37,577 nucleotides of DNA from an uncultured Methanosarcinales archaeon. GTDB lineage: Archaea; Nanobdellota; Nanobdellia; Woesearchaeales; GW2011-AR9. The DNA lies in contig CAZIUU010000007.1 of the NCBI GenBank assembly GCA_964542815.1, positions 957-38,533 of the forward strand, written 5' to 3'. This document shows positions 18,365 to 27,070 of the stretch, in pieces. A program made the translations under genes and the position numbers. How positions within the stretch are numbered: the first letter of the stretch is position 1; every line of letters begins with the position of its first letter. Under the pieces are notes generated by a model that did not search any database, had not been told where the DNA came from, and worked only from the letters and a program-made list of their open reading frames with translations.

Positions 18365-18904
18365 ATGAAGAAAAATTTTCCGATAATCATTGTTGAAATA
18401 CTTCTAGTCCTATTTATTAGTGGTTGTGCGCAGAAGCTTTCTGAGGATAATTCCGGCGATTTTACCTCCTTCAAAAACGACTTTTACACCATCGATTACC
18501 CTTCCAGCTGGGAAGTGGAGGAGCATGAGGCTTTTGTTTACTTTAGGCCGCTGCTGGTGGGTGATGATGCTGAAACTCAGGGAAACGTCGTCATTTATGT
18601 CGCGCCAGCAGAATCTGAAACCCAGACAATTACTGAGTTTTTTCAAGCGTCTGTAAGAGTATTAGTTGAGACCGCATATCCTGAATTTACATTTATTGAA
18701 TACAAAGAGGAAAAGCTTTCTTCTACTCCCGCTTACAGGATTGTTTATGCCAAAGGTAAAGGCTCTGAAATAATACAATATTTGCAGGTTTTTACACTTA
18801 AAAAGGGCAATACCTATGTCATAACTTATGCTGCCCCTCCAGAAACCTACAAAAAAGATGTGAGTAATATTGAAAAAATAATCCGTTCCTTTAGGATAAA
18901 ATGA
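18365..18904 (+). CDS. lipobox-containing secreted protein, PsbP/DcrB (DUF1795)-like
   Basis: The signal plus lipobox is MKKNFPIIIVEILLVLFISGC. YPSSWEVEE...YVITYAAPPETY is paralogous to the 17296-18336 product. Confidence 0.65.
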   Translation: MKKNFPIIIVEILLVLFISGCAQKLSEDNSGDFTSFKNDFYTIDYPSSWEVEEHEAFVYFRPLLVGDDAETQGNVVIYVAPAESETQTITEFFQASVRVLVETAYPEFTFIEYKEEKLSSTPAYRIVYAKGKGSEIIQYLQVFTLKKGNTYVITYAAPPETYKKDVSNIEKIIRSFRIK

Positions 18905-21900
18905 CTTCAAAAAATAAACTCGAACTTTTGGGTATGATTACATTAAATTTTATGCTTCTTTTCGCAGCCAATGCTTATGCAGCGGCTACATTGACCGTCG
19001 AAGCGCAGGGCGATGGTTATGTTGATTCTTACCCTTCAGGAATCCTCTGTGGCGCAGCCTGCGTTGAAACATATGACACCGGCATTGCGATTACATTGAC
19101 TGCGCATTTAAATGAAGGGGCAACATTCTCCGGATGGACTGGTTGTGATCAACCGAGCGGAACAACCTGCACTATGAATTTGGATTCTGACAAGACGGTT
19201 ACTGCCACATTTTCCGGTGAAGTGAAATCTGATTATAATCTGCGCGTCTACAGGACAGGAGGCTTGGGGGTTGTTCAATCAGACCCTTTTGGGATTTACT
19301 GCGGTTCAATCTGCTCTTATGACGAGGCGAAGTTTGAAGCCGGTTCAACCGTCATAGTGACTGCTTCTGCCCAGAGTGGTTACATGTTTAACGGCTGGAG
19401 CGGCGACTGCTCTGGAACTTCACCAACTTGTACAGTCACGATGGGCAGCTCGAAAACGGTTACGGCCTCATTTAGAAGCGGGACTTCTTCTGATGGCAGT
19501 GCCACAGCAACTCCATCTTTAACCATACAAAAAAAAGGGGAAGGGACTGTAAAAAGCGGCGATAAGAAAATAAACTGCGGAACTTCTTGTTCGTCCGCCT
19601 ATAATCCGGGTGACTCAGTTACTCTTACTGCAACAACATTAGTTGCCGGAACAACGTTCTTAGGGTGGAGCGGTGCATGTTCTGGTGCAAAAAATACCTG
19701 CATCGTTACTATTGATGCTGCAAAAACTGTTACTGCTAATTTCGGCGCTCTAACTTTTCCGCTTACAGTAAGTGTGACGGGAATAAGCGGAGGAACCGGC
19801 TCAATAGCTGACTCCAAATATATTAACTGCAGCATAGGAACCTGCTCTGCAAATATTTCATTTGGTACTTCAGTAACTCTTTCTCCCTCCGCCGGAACGT
19901 ATTCATATTTCTCGGGATTTGGCGGCTCCTGCTCAGGAAACTCCTGCACTGTTGTAATTAATTCTGACAAAAAAGTCAGCGCCTCGTTTACTATCCTGAG
20001 CTATGCGCTTGCAGTTGCAAAATCTGGAACTGGTGTCGGAGAAGTTGCATCTTCGGACAATATAATCAACTGCGGCACATCCTGCACCTCAAAATATAAT
20101 CATGGCTCATCGATAACTTTGACTGCCAACCCCGATGCTATCTCAACTTTTACTGGATGGGGTGGGGGCGGCTGTACTGGCATCGGCAGCTGCACTGTAA
20201 CTATGGACTCTGCAAAAACCATTACTGCAGCTTTTTCTAGGATATATAGGGCGACGGTTGAAAAGAAAGGAGAGGAAACCGGAATCGTAAAATCAGCCGA
20301 TGGTACAATAAACTGCGGCAATGTTTGTACTGCAACTTTACTTGAAGGTACTGAAGTCGCTCTTGAGGCCAGCCAATCGGGAATTTTTATTCCGGACGGA
20401 TTTGAAGGGCCGTGCAATTGCACGGCCCTGCAACAATCATGGCAAAGACCGGATTTGCACTCTCACCATGAATTATGATAAAAAAGTTGTTGCTAAATTC
20501 GTGCCACTAACTCAGGAAATAACTGTTGCAAAAACCGGGAAAGGAAAGGTTGAATCAACGGATGCACAAAAGCAAATAGATTGCGGTGCAAAATGCTCTG
20601 CCAAATTCAGGGAAGGAAGCATAATCGCTTTTAAGGCGACTCCTGACAAAGGCTCAAGGTTTTCCCAATGGAATGGTGGATGCTCGGGGCGCAAGTCAAC
20701 CTGTGATTATGTAGTCAAAGTTGCCGAAGAGGGAAAAACTAAAAACATTGGTGCAGTTTTTGAGGAAGCGCCGGTTTTAACGGTCGTCAATAAGTATGGT
20801 AATGTGATAACCAGCAGTGTTTCACAGTTTGAACTTGACAGTCAAGGCGAGGCTGCTGCAGATATTGCTAAAGAAAAAATAAGTTGTGGCGAGAAGTCAT
20901 CAAAACAAAACCGGCAAACTGACTGCTCTATAGAATATAAAGCATCTGGATTTTTTGTTCGACTCTCGCTTAAGCCTAATTCCGGTGGTGCAAAATGGAT
21001 CGGTTGCAGCAATCCTCTTGTCACTGATACTTGTGACGTATATATTGACCGGAGCAAGACGGTAGAAGTTACTATGGTTCCTGACGGAGAGAGAGAATTG
21101 GTAAAACAGGCAATTTGGGAATTATATGGAATGAAAAATCCATCCTTGGACTCCTATATTACAACTGAAAACAACCCCCCATTTAAGCGGACGCTTGAGG
21201 ATTTGCAGGCTGGGAAAATGGGGCATACTATTATTGAGATTGAGGGGTGGATTGCTCAGAATGGGCAATGGTATCTTAATGAGGGGGGAATAAACAGAAT
21301 AACTGATGAATGGGAAAAGGGAACTGCAAAGCAGGTATTGCTTGAAGTATTTGCAGCAGAAATTGCGGGGTATCCAACTCTTGTAGATTCCCTTACAGAC
21401 GAAAGCCAGAAACCATTTCAGACAGCATTAGTTGATCTAAAAGCTGGCAGAGATGAAGGCGAAGGAAAAGAGGGATTAAAAAAATGGATAAGTCAGCCGC
21501 AGAACAGACAGTGGTATTTGGATGCAACTGGGATAAGTACACAGATAACCGCTATTGAGCAAGCAAAGCTGGAGGAGGAAAAAAGCGCCAAAGCGCCGAG
21601 TATCACTAGCATCTCTCCTGACAACGGAAAAATCGGCGGTCGACCTTTAATTGTTGGAAAATTTTATGATGTCCAGCTTGTTACCCTTAATGATAATCCT
21701 GTTTCTTATACTGTAGATTTCCAAAAGAGCAGCATAACCATCAATAATATCCGGTGGGGCACTGACCCTTACGGTGTAGAAGTTAATGTGCCGGGAATAG
21801 TTAAAGTGTATACAAATTGGGGAACGGCTACTTCAAAACTAATTTCGCCTTCCGGACCAATCTATAAGAATGCTGTTGGAAAAGAAGAGGGATGTTTTCC

Positions 21901-22414
21901 TGGGGTGGGCAGCGGCTGTGATGGAGGAGGGGCTGCTGTACAGGCAATTTTAAGAGGAATGTTTGGAAAGCCAATTGGGTGTGATGTACAAAACGATGGT
22001 TCACTGGTGTGCTCTATTGCAGCCGGAAGCATAGAGCATGACAACTGCTGTGTCCGTTTTCCAAATGGGAAATGGTGCGGCGGTCCAGGACTCGACGGTG
22101 AAGGCGGGCAAGATGCATGGGAACTTAACCATGACGGCCATTGTTCCTATGAATGGGATCACGCATTCTGGGATGTGATGGGGGGAAATGGGTGGAATCA
22201 GCGCTATGAGCGAGGCCAGAAATTTGACTTAACACCATCTGGCGGAAGCAGAAACAATGTGTATGTCCTGGGAGAAGCTGTAAGCAGCCTGTCCTACTGC
22301 GCTCCAAGCGGTCACGTGATGCGTGAAGCTGATGATGCACCTTTCTGCTGTTCTAAGAAGATTAAGTATCCTGGTTGGTTTGGGTGGGGTAGCGATAAGC
22401 CCAGATGTGTATAA
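18901..22414 (+). pseudogene. giant secreted repeat protein (8 InlB-B-repeat-like modules, tandem helical module, beta-sandwich-like module, Cys-rich C-terminal domain), frame interrupted at about 20410-20428
   Basis: Two overlapping ORFs (18901-20478 and 20321-22414) lie in frames offset by +1. The ~80-aa repeat signature (..C....G..V.L.A....F.GW.G.C.G...C.V.M...K.V.A.F) runs continuously across the break. The N-terminal signal is MTSKNKLELLGMITLNFMLLFAANAYA. The ATG overlaps the upstream stop (ATGA). Confidence 0.6.
20407..20428. repeat. perfect 22-nt palindrome at the frame break
   Basis: GGGCCGTGCAATTGCACGGCCC equals its own reverse complement. Removing 16 nt (for example 20410-20425) restores the frame and the repeat consensus FEGPCNNHGKDRICTLTM. 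Confidence 0.9.
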
Positions 22415-22419
22415 GAGTA

Positions 22420-22433
22420 TTTTTTTCTTCTTT
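22420..22433 (+). terminator. oligo-T tract after the surface-protein gene
   Basis: TTTTTTTCTTCTTT begins 6 nt after the TAA at 22412-22414. This is archaeal-type oligo-T termination (inference). Confidence 0.35.
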
Positions 22434-22621
22434 GGAATAAAACCTTCCCTAGTTCGTTTCGTTTTATCGTAGTTTAGAACTGTCCCCACCCTACCTTTTA
22501 GCTACTAAGTTATTGGACATAACCAGCGTTATGCCTAAGTCTTCAGTTTATCACTCAATAACCACTTTAAACAACAAATCTGAAGCTCATCCACCAATTA
22601 ATCTCCTCTACCCCAGAAATG

Positions 22622-22629
22622 TTTATAAT
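22622..22629 (+). promoter_or_regulatory. TATA-box-like element
   Basis: TTTATAAT ends 23 nt upstream of the ATG at 22653. Confidence 0.4.
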
Positions 22630-22652
22630 TCCGAGCCTACTTAGCTAGATAA

Positions 22653-22991
22653 ATGACCCCTGAACCACCCAAGACCCCTGAAGAATTAACTTTTGATGAT
22701 TATGTTAAAATTGGAATTATTTATTCTGGGCTTCCTGAAGCAGGGGTCAGAGAGAGAGCTCAAGAAACACAGAGAGAGTACCATTTTAAGACTTTAGAGT
22801 TGGGCTTAGGAAAATATTTACGAGGGCTGGGAGTTGCTCTCAAAAGTGATGGGGTACATTTTTATTCTCAAGAAATACTTCAATTAGGAAGAAAAATCTC
22901 CCCTCTGGAATTAGAAGCGTTGAGGTTGCGGGATAAAGTTAAAGCTTCTGGACAGAGCGGGATAGAAATTTATATTGAAGGTTTAGAATAA
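22653..22991 (+). CDS. hypothetical protein
   Basis: 112-aa ORF with a well-spaced TATA-like box and no recognisable motif. Confidence 0.5.
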   Translation: MTPEPPKTPEELTFDDYVKIGIIYSGLPEAGVRERAQETQREYHFKTLELGLGKYLRGLGVALKSDGVHFYSQEILQLGRKISPLELEALRLRDKVKASGQSGIEIYIEGLE

Positions 22992-23023
22992 GAGTTCTTT
23001 TCTTAACTTCTCCACTCTCATAA

Positions 23024-23031
23024 TCTTTATA
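23024..23031 (+). promoter_or_regulatory. TATA-box-like element upstream of radB
   Basis: CTTTATAT ends 23 nt upstream of the ATG at 23055. Confidence 0.4.
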
Positions 23032-23054
23032 TCCTACCCCCTTATTCTCAATCC

Positions 23055-23729
23055 ATGCCTAAACTCTCTACCGGAATTACTTTTTTAGACTTATTGCTTA
23101 ACGGCGGCTATGATGAAGATATCGTCACCACTATCTACGGCCCTTCAGGCAGCGGCAAGACCAACTTCTGTTTAATTGCGGCAGTTAAAGTGGCAGAATC
23201 AGGAAAGAAAGTTCTATTTTTAGACACCGAAGGGGGTATAGCTGTAGATAGAATCAAACAAATTTCTTCTGATTTTAATTACATCCTACCTAAGATGATT
23301 TTCTTCAGCCCGACGAATTTTGAAGAGCAGAAAGAAGTGTTTGAAACTATTCGCTCACTAGCTACCGAACAAGTTGGACTCATTGTAGTTGATTCTATCT
23401 CCATGTTATATCGCTTAGAATTGGGCAAGAATGAAGAAGTGTATGATGTGAATGCGGCTTTAGGCAGACAGTTGGCGTTTCTGGTAGAGATAGCAAGAAG
23501 AAGAAAGATTCCTGTGCTTCTAACTACACAAGTTTATTCTGACTTTGATAATCGGGATCAAGTTAAATTAGTCGGCGGAGATTTGTTGAAGTATGGTTCT
23601 AAGTGTTTAATTGAATTAGTGAGGTTAGCTAATGCTCGAGGAATAATTCTAAGAAAGCATCGCTCCTTGCCGGAAGGATTGGAAGCGAAGTTTAAGATTG
23701 TGGAGAAAGGAATTGAGGAAGTGAAGTAA
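23055..23729 (+). CDS. radB: DNA repair and recombination protein RadB
   Basis: 224 aa, with no N-terminal HhH domain. It has a GPSGSGKT Walker A and an LIVVDS Walker B, giving a RecA/RadA-core layout. Confidence 0.8.
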   Translation: MPKLSTGITFLDLLLNGGYDEDIVTTIYGPSGSGKTNFCLIAAVKVAESGKKVLFLDTEGGIAVDRIKQISSDFNYILPKMIFFSPTNFEEQKEVFETIRSLATEQVGLIVVDSISMLYRLELGKNEEVYDVNAALGRQLAFLVEIARRRKIPVLLTTQVYSDFDNRDQVKLVGGDLLKYGSKCLIELVRLANARGIILRKHRSLPEGLEAKFKIVEKGIEEVK

Positions 23730-23771
23730 CTTTAAAGAAAATATTATAAACTTCCCTTAATTTCTATCATA

Positions 23772-24419
23772 ATGATGCAAGCAGTTGACCATTCTATTCC
23801 GCTTTATCGTGAATCGCTGTATGCATTTCGTTCCATCGCTACGGATAAAAGAGACCTGTGCGTTTATCTGAAGCAAGTTAAAGATCATGACAAAGATACT
23901 TTTCTCCATTGTGTCAGAGTTGGTATTCTGAGCTTGGACTTGGGAGTGGAGAATGATATCAATTTTGGGTTGCTACAAGTATTGGGATATTCTGGATTTC
24001 TGCATGATGTGGGAAAGAAAGATATTCCCTTGCGGATATTGGCTAAAGATGGGCCTCTGGAAGGATTAGAGAGATTATTGATTAAAGCCCATCCCCGGCT
24101 GGGATTTTTATTTGCTCAAGAAGAAGAGATGACTACGGTAAGAAAAATAATCGTAGCGCATCATGAATACAAGATTAGTCCTTATCCGCGTAGTGGGAAA
24201 GATAGAAGAGCAGTTCCAAGAAATTCACCTGAACGAAGAAGCCATAATCTTGTATTGGACCAATTAGCGCAGATGGTGGCGGCAGCTGATATTTATGATG
24301 CATTAAAGCATAGCCGTTCTTACAAAAGCGCTTTGCCTCTGTTGGAAGTGGAGAGGATCATGAGAGAGCAGTATAAAGGTGATGTAAAGTATGTAGAGCA
24401 GTTGATAGGAAGAAATTAA
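23772..24419 (+). CDS. HD-domain (HD-GYP-like) metal-dependent phosphohydrolase
   Basis: Motifs H..RV, FLHDVGKKDIP and HHEY....YP. Confidence 0.7.
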   Translation: MMQAVDHSIPLYRESLYAFRSIATDKRDLCVYLKQVKDHDKDTFLHCVRVGILSLDLGVENDINFGLLQVLGYSGFLHDVGKKDIPLRILAKDGPLEGLERLLIKAHPRLGFLFAQEEEMTTVRKIIVAHHEYKISPYPRSGKDRRAVPRNSPERRSHNLVLDQLAQMVAAADIYDALKHSRSYKSALPLLEVERIMREQYKGDVKYVEQLIGRN

Positions 24420-24502
24420 AGCAACCTTTAAAAATAAGCCTCAATTCTAGGTTAAAATAGCCGACGCTTATCTTTGAGTTGGAAGAAAGCAGGGCTGCCT
24501 GA

Positions 24503-24544
24503 GGCAAAAGAAAAGGCAGACAAGAAGTAAAATTCTTGTTTGTA
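24503..24544 (+). repeat. ~40-nt direct repeat unit 1 with embedded hairpin and U-rich tail
   Basis: The sequence is GGCAAAAGAAAAGGCAGACAAGAAGTAAAATTCTTGTTTGTA. The hairpin is 24520-24526/24533-24539. Confidence 0.5.
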
Positions 24545-24611
24545 AACCTGATTAATGGGATTGAGCAAAGCGAATATCCCCTCAATAGGCGTGCGCCAAG
24601 CGCAATTGGCA

Positions 24612-24651
24612 GGCAAAAGAAATGGCAGACAAGGAGTAATTCTTGTTTGTA
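24612..24651 (+). repeat. ~40-nt direct repeat unit 2 with embedded hairpin and U-rich tail
   Basis: The sequence is GGCAAAAGAAATGGCAGACAAGGAGTAATTCTTGTTTGTA. The hairpin is 24629-24635/24640-24646, with a GUAA loop and one G-U pair that is only possible on the + strand. Confidence 0.5.
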
Positions 24652-24694
24652 TTCAATATTTTTACTCAGAATAAAATAATGAGGTAACCCAAAA

Positions 24695-25297
24695 ATGTCA
24701 GAACAAGAAATGTTATTAATCGAATCCAATGAGTACCTTAAGTCAGGTATCCATATCGGAACTAAATTTAAGACTAAATATATGGCTGATTTCATCTATA
24801 AAACCAGGCCAGACGGGTTAAGTGTTCTTAATTTGAAGAAGATTGATGAAAGAGTGGGGTTAGCTGCTAATCTGTTGTCTCAGTACGCTCCTGAAGATAT
24901 CTTAATCATCAGTCGAAGAGAGAATGGCTGGAAAGCATTGAAGATTTTAACCCGGCTTACTGGAATTAGAGTTATTACCGGAAGATATCCGCCAGGAATT
25001 TTGACTAATACTGGTTTAGAAACATTCACTGAGCCGAAGCTCTTGATGGTGTGCGACCCTTGGCCGGATAAAAATGCAGTTGATGATGCGAATAGAGTAG
25101 GAATTCCAGTGATTGCGTTGTGCGATACTAATAACCAGCCGAATAATGTAGATTTGGTTATTCCCTGCAACAACAAAGGTAAGAAGTCTGTAGGATTGAT
25201 ATTTTACCTGATAACTCGTGAGTTCATGCGCAAGAAAGGCATGCTGGCTACTAACGAAGAATTGCCGGAGAAACTCGAGGATTTCATGGAGGAGTAA
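24695..25297 (+). CDS. rps2: 30S ribosomal protein uS2
   Basis: 200 aa, with YLKSGIHIGTKFKT..M..FIYK.R.DG..VLNL and an archaeal-type short C-terminus. A GAGGT lies 8 nt upstream. Confidence 0.9.
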   Translation: MSEQEMLLIESNEYLKSGIHIGTKFKTKYMADFIYKTRPDGLSVLNLKKIDERVGLAANLLSQYAPEDILIISRRENGWKALKILTRLTGIRVITGRYPPGILTNTGLETFTEPKLLMVCDPWPDKNAVDDANRVGIPVIALCDTNNQPNNVDLVIPCNNKGKKSVGLIFYLITREFMRKKGMLATNEELPEKLEDFMEE

Positions 25298-25300
25298 ACT

Positions 25301-25747
25301 ATGAACATCGCACGATTAAACTACCAAACTTCAGACGGAACAACTTACTTAAAATATCTTCATGAACTAGGCCTTCACAGATTAATCACACCCAGCCAAG
25401 ACCGGAATTTAACTCCATATGGCTTGCAGGCAGTAAAAGATAATGGTTTAACTAGCTCTTTAGATATTGGAAAGTTGGTTAGAGCAGTACAAGTTCTTCG
25501 GCAGGGACGTCCAGACTTAAGCGAACTGGATGCGTTTGTTTGTGAAGCAGCCGATTGTGCTCATGCTTTAAGTCCTGATGCGGAAAAACAGGCTGTTGAT
25601 GTCTATGAATGCAAGCGGCTGTTCCCGCGCAAAGGCACTTTTGTTTTAGCAGGTATTTATGTTCTGAGAGAAGCTACGAAACAAAGATTGCTTGAGGTAA
25701 ATCCGGCTGGCTCTCCAAACGACCAGTGTTATGTAAAGTATGTTTGA
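25301..25747 (+). CDS. hypothetical protein
   Basis: 148-aa ORF beginning 3 nt after the rps2 stop, with no recognisable motif. Confidence 0.45.
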   Translation: MNIARLNYQTSDGTTYLKYLHELGLHRLITPSQDRNLTPYGLQAVKDNGLTSSLDIGKLVRAVQVLRQGRPDLSELDAFVCEAADCAHALSPDAEKQAVDVYECKRLFPRKGTFVLAGIYVLREATKQRLLEVNPAGSPNDQCYVKYV

Positions 25748-25826
25748 AGAAGATAATTGCCTTTTTCACACTGTTACGTTTTTCTCGCCAAAAACTATTT
25801 AAGGTTATATCAACTCTGTAATTAAA

Positions 25827-25958
25827 ATGGTAAAATGCAAAGAGACATTAAAATTGCACCAACTCCCTAAAGATACCTTTGGCATGCTTAAAAGAAAGTG
25901 GAATAAGAGTACACAACAGATTAAAGATGAGATTAGAGCAGAATTATACTCTGAATAA
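25827..25958 (+). CDS. small ORF (43 aa), possible antitoxin-like remnant
   Basis: The ATG lies about 25 nt downstream of TATTTAAGG. The product is MVKCKETLKLHQLPKDTFGMLKRKWNKSTQQIKDEIRAELYSE. It is below the ORF-track cutoff and the evidence is weak. Confidence 0.25.
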   Translation: MVKCKETLKLHQLPKDTFGMLKRKWNKSTQQIKDEIRAELYSE

Positions 25959-26066
25959 AAGAAAAAGGGAGTGAAGTTTCTTACAGGGGATAAAGAATTT
26001 GAAAAGATTGAAAACGTGGAATTTGTAAAATAATCTTACTTTCATTCTCTCCCTTTAATTCACAAC

Positions 26067-26074
26067 TTTTAAAA
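26067..26074 (+). promoter_or_regulatory. TATA-box-like element
   Basis: TTTTAAAA ends 27 nt upstream of the ATG at 26102. Confidence 0.4.
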
Positions 26075-26101
26075 ACTGTTTTTGGTTAAATCGAAGATTA
26101 G

Positions 26102-27070
26102 ATGAAAAAAGTAGTGACTATTGGCGGCGGTACCGGAAACTTCGTAGTTTTAAGCGGATTGAAGAGCTATGATGTAGACTTAAGCGCAATCGTATCCATG
26201 GCTGATGATGGAGGCTCTACCGGAGTTCTGAGGGATGAATTAGGTGTGCTTCCTCCAGGAGATGTGCGGCAATGCCTAATCGCCCTTTCCGATTCCAGTC
26301 GATTGATGCGAAGCTTGATGAATTATCGTTTTGATACCGGCCGTTTGTGCGGGCATAGTTTTGGGAATATTTTTCTGTCAGCGCTGGAAAAAACCACTGG
26401 CAGTTTTGAAAAGGCAGTAGAAGAAGTGGGTAAGGTTCTTTCTATCAAAGGAAAAGTTATTCCCGTAACCACACATCAAGTAAAATTGAAGATGCTGCTA
26501 AAAAATGGAAAGTTATTAGAAGGAGAAAAAGATATCCATTCTTCTACCGAGATTTGCAAAGGGTTTGATAACTTATACTTGGAGCCGTTTCCAAAAGCAA
26601 ATCAGCGGGCAATTGATGAAATAATGAATGCTGATTTAATTGTATTTAGTCCAGGAGGGATTTACACTAGCTTGATTCCTAATTTGCTGGTGGAAGGAAT
26701 CCCTAAAGCATTGCGGGAAACTAAAGCTAAGAAATTATTGGTGGTAAACCTGGTAAACAAACATGGCCAAACCCCTTTATTTAAAGCGGGAGATTACCTG
26801 CGCGAGATACAAAAGTATATAGGTAAAGATATCTTTGATTTCATTATCGTAAATTCCGGCAAAGCTCCTAAAGAATTAGTGGATAAATACGCGGCAGAGG
26901 GAAGCGTAGTAGAAAATGATTTAATTAAAGATGCTCGGGTAACTTTCACAGATGTATTAAGCAATGAATTAAAAGAAGTGCAGAAAGGTGATTTATTAGT
27001 ACGCAATTTAATTCGTCATGATCCTCAGAAATTGGCTAAAGTGATAATGGAGAAGGTAAATGAGCTCTAG
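26102..27070 (+). CDS. YvcK/UPF0052-family protein (CofD-like fold, gluconeogenesis factor family)
   Basis: IGGGTGNFVVLSGLK...IVSMADDGGSTGVLRDELGVLPPGDVRQCLIAL matches the YvcK signature rather than CofD. Confidence 0.8.
   Translation: MKKVVTIGGGTGNFVVLSGLKSYDVDLSAIVSMADDGGSTGVLRDELGVLPPGDVRQCLIALSDSSRLMRSLMNYRFDTGRLCGHSFGNIFLSALEKTTGSFEKAVEEVGKVLSIKGKVIPVTTHQVKLKMLLKNGKLLEGEKDIHSSTEICKGFDNLYLEPFPKANQRAIDEIMNADLIVFSPGGIYTSLIPNLLVEGIPKALRETKAKKLLVVNLVNKHGQTPLFKAGDYLREIQKYIGKDIFDFIIVNSGKAPKELVDKYAAEGSVVENDLIKDARVTFTDVLSNELKEVQKGDLLVRNLIRHDPQKLAKVIMEKVNEL

Noticed and set aside
20321-20323. The ATG at 20321 as a genuine start of an independent 697-aa protein
   Set aside because: The first ~35 residues from this ATG are out-of-frame translation of repeat 6. 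The repeat consensus only resumes after the palindrome, so the ORF is the downstream part of one interrupted gene.
19599-20423. Minus-strand ORFs 19599-19970 and 20100-20423
   Set aside because: They lie antisense to the repeat array of the surface-protein gene. The repeat periodicity and Cys pattern are only coherent on the plus strand.
24503-24651. Possibility that the two ~40-nt repeats form a mini CRISPR array
   Set aside because: There are only two units, they are imperfect, no cas genes are in the window, and the spacer-like interval has no array regularity.
24358-24795. 145-aa minus-strand ORF spanning the rps2 leader and rps2 start
   Set aside because: It overlaps the strongly supported uS2 N-terminus and the duplicated hairpin elements. 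It contains no recognisable motif.
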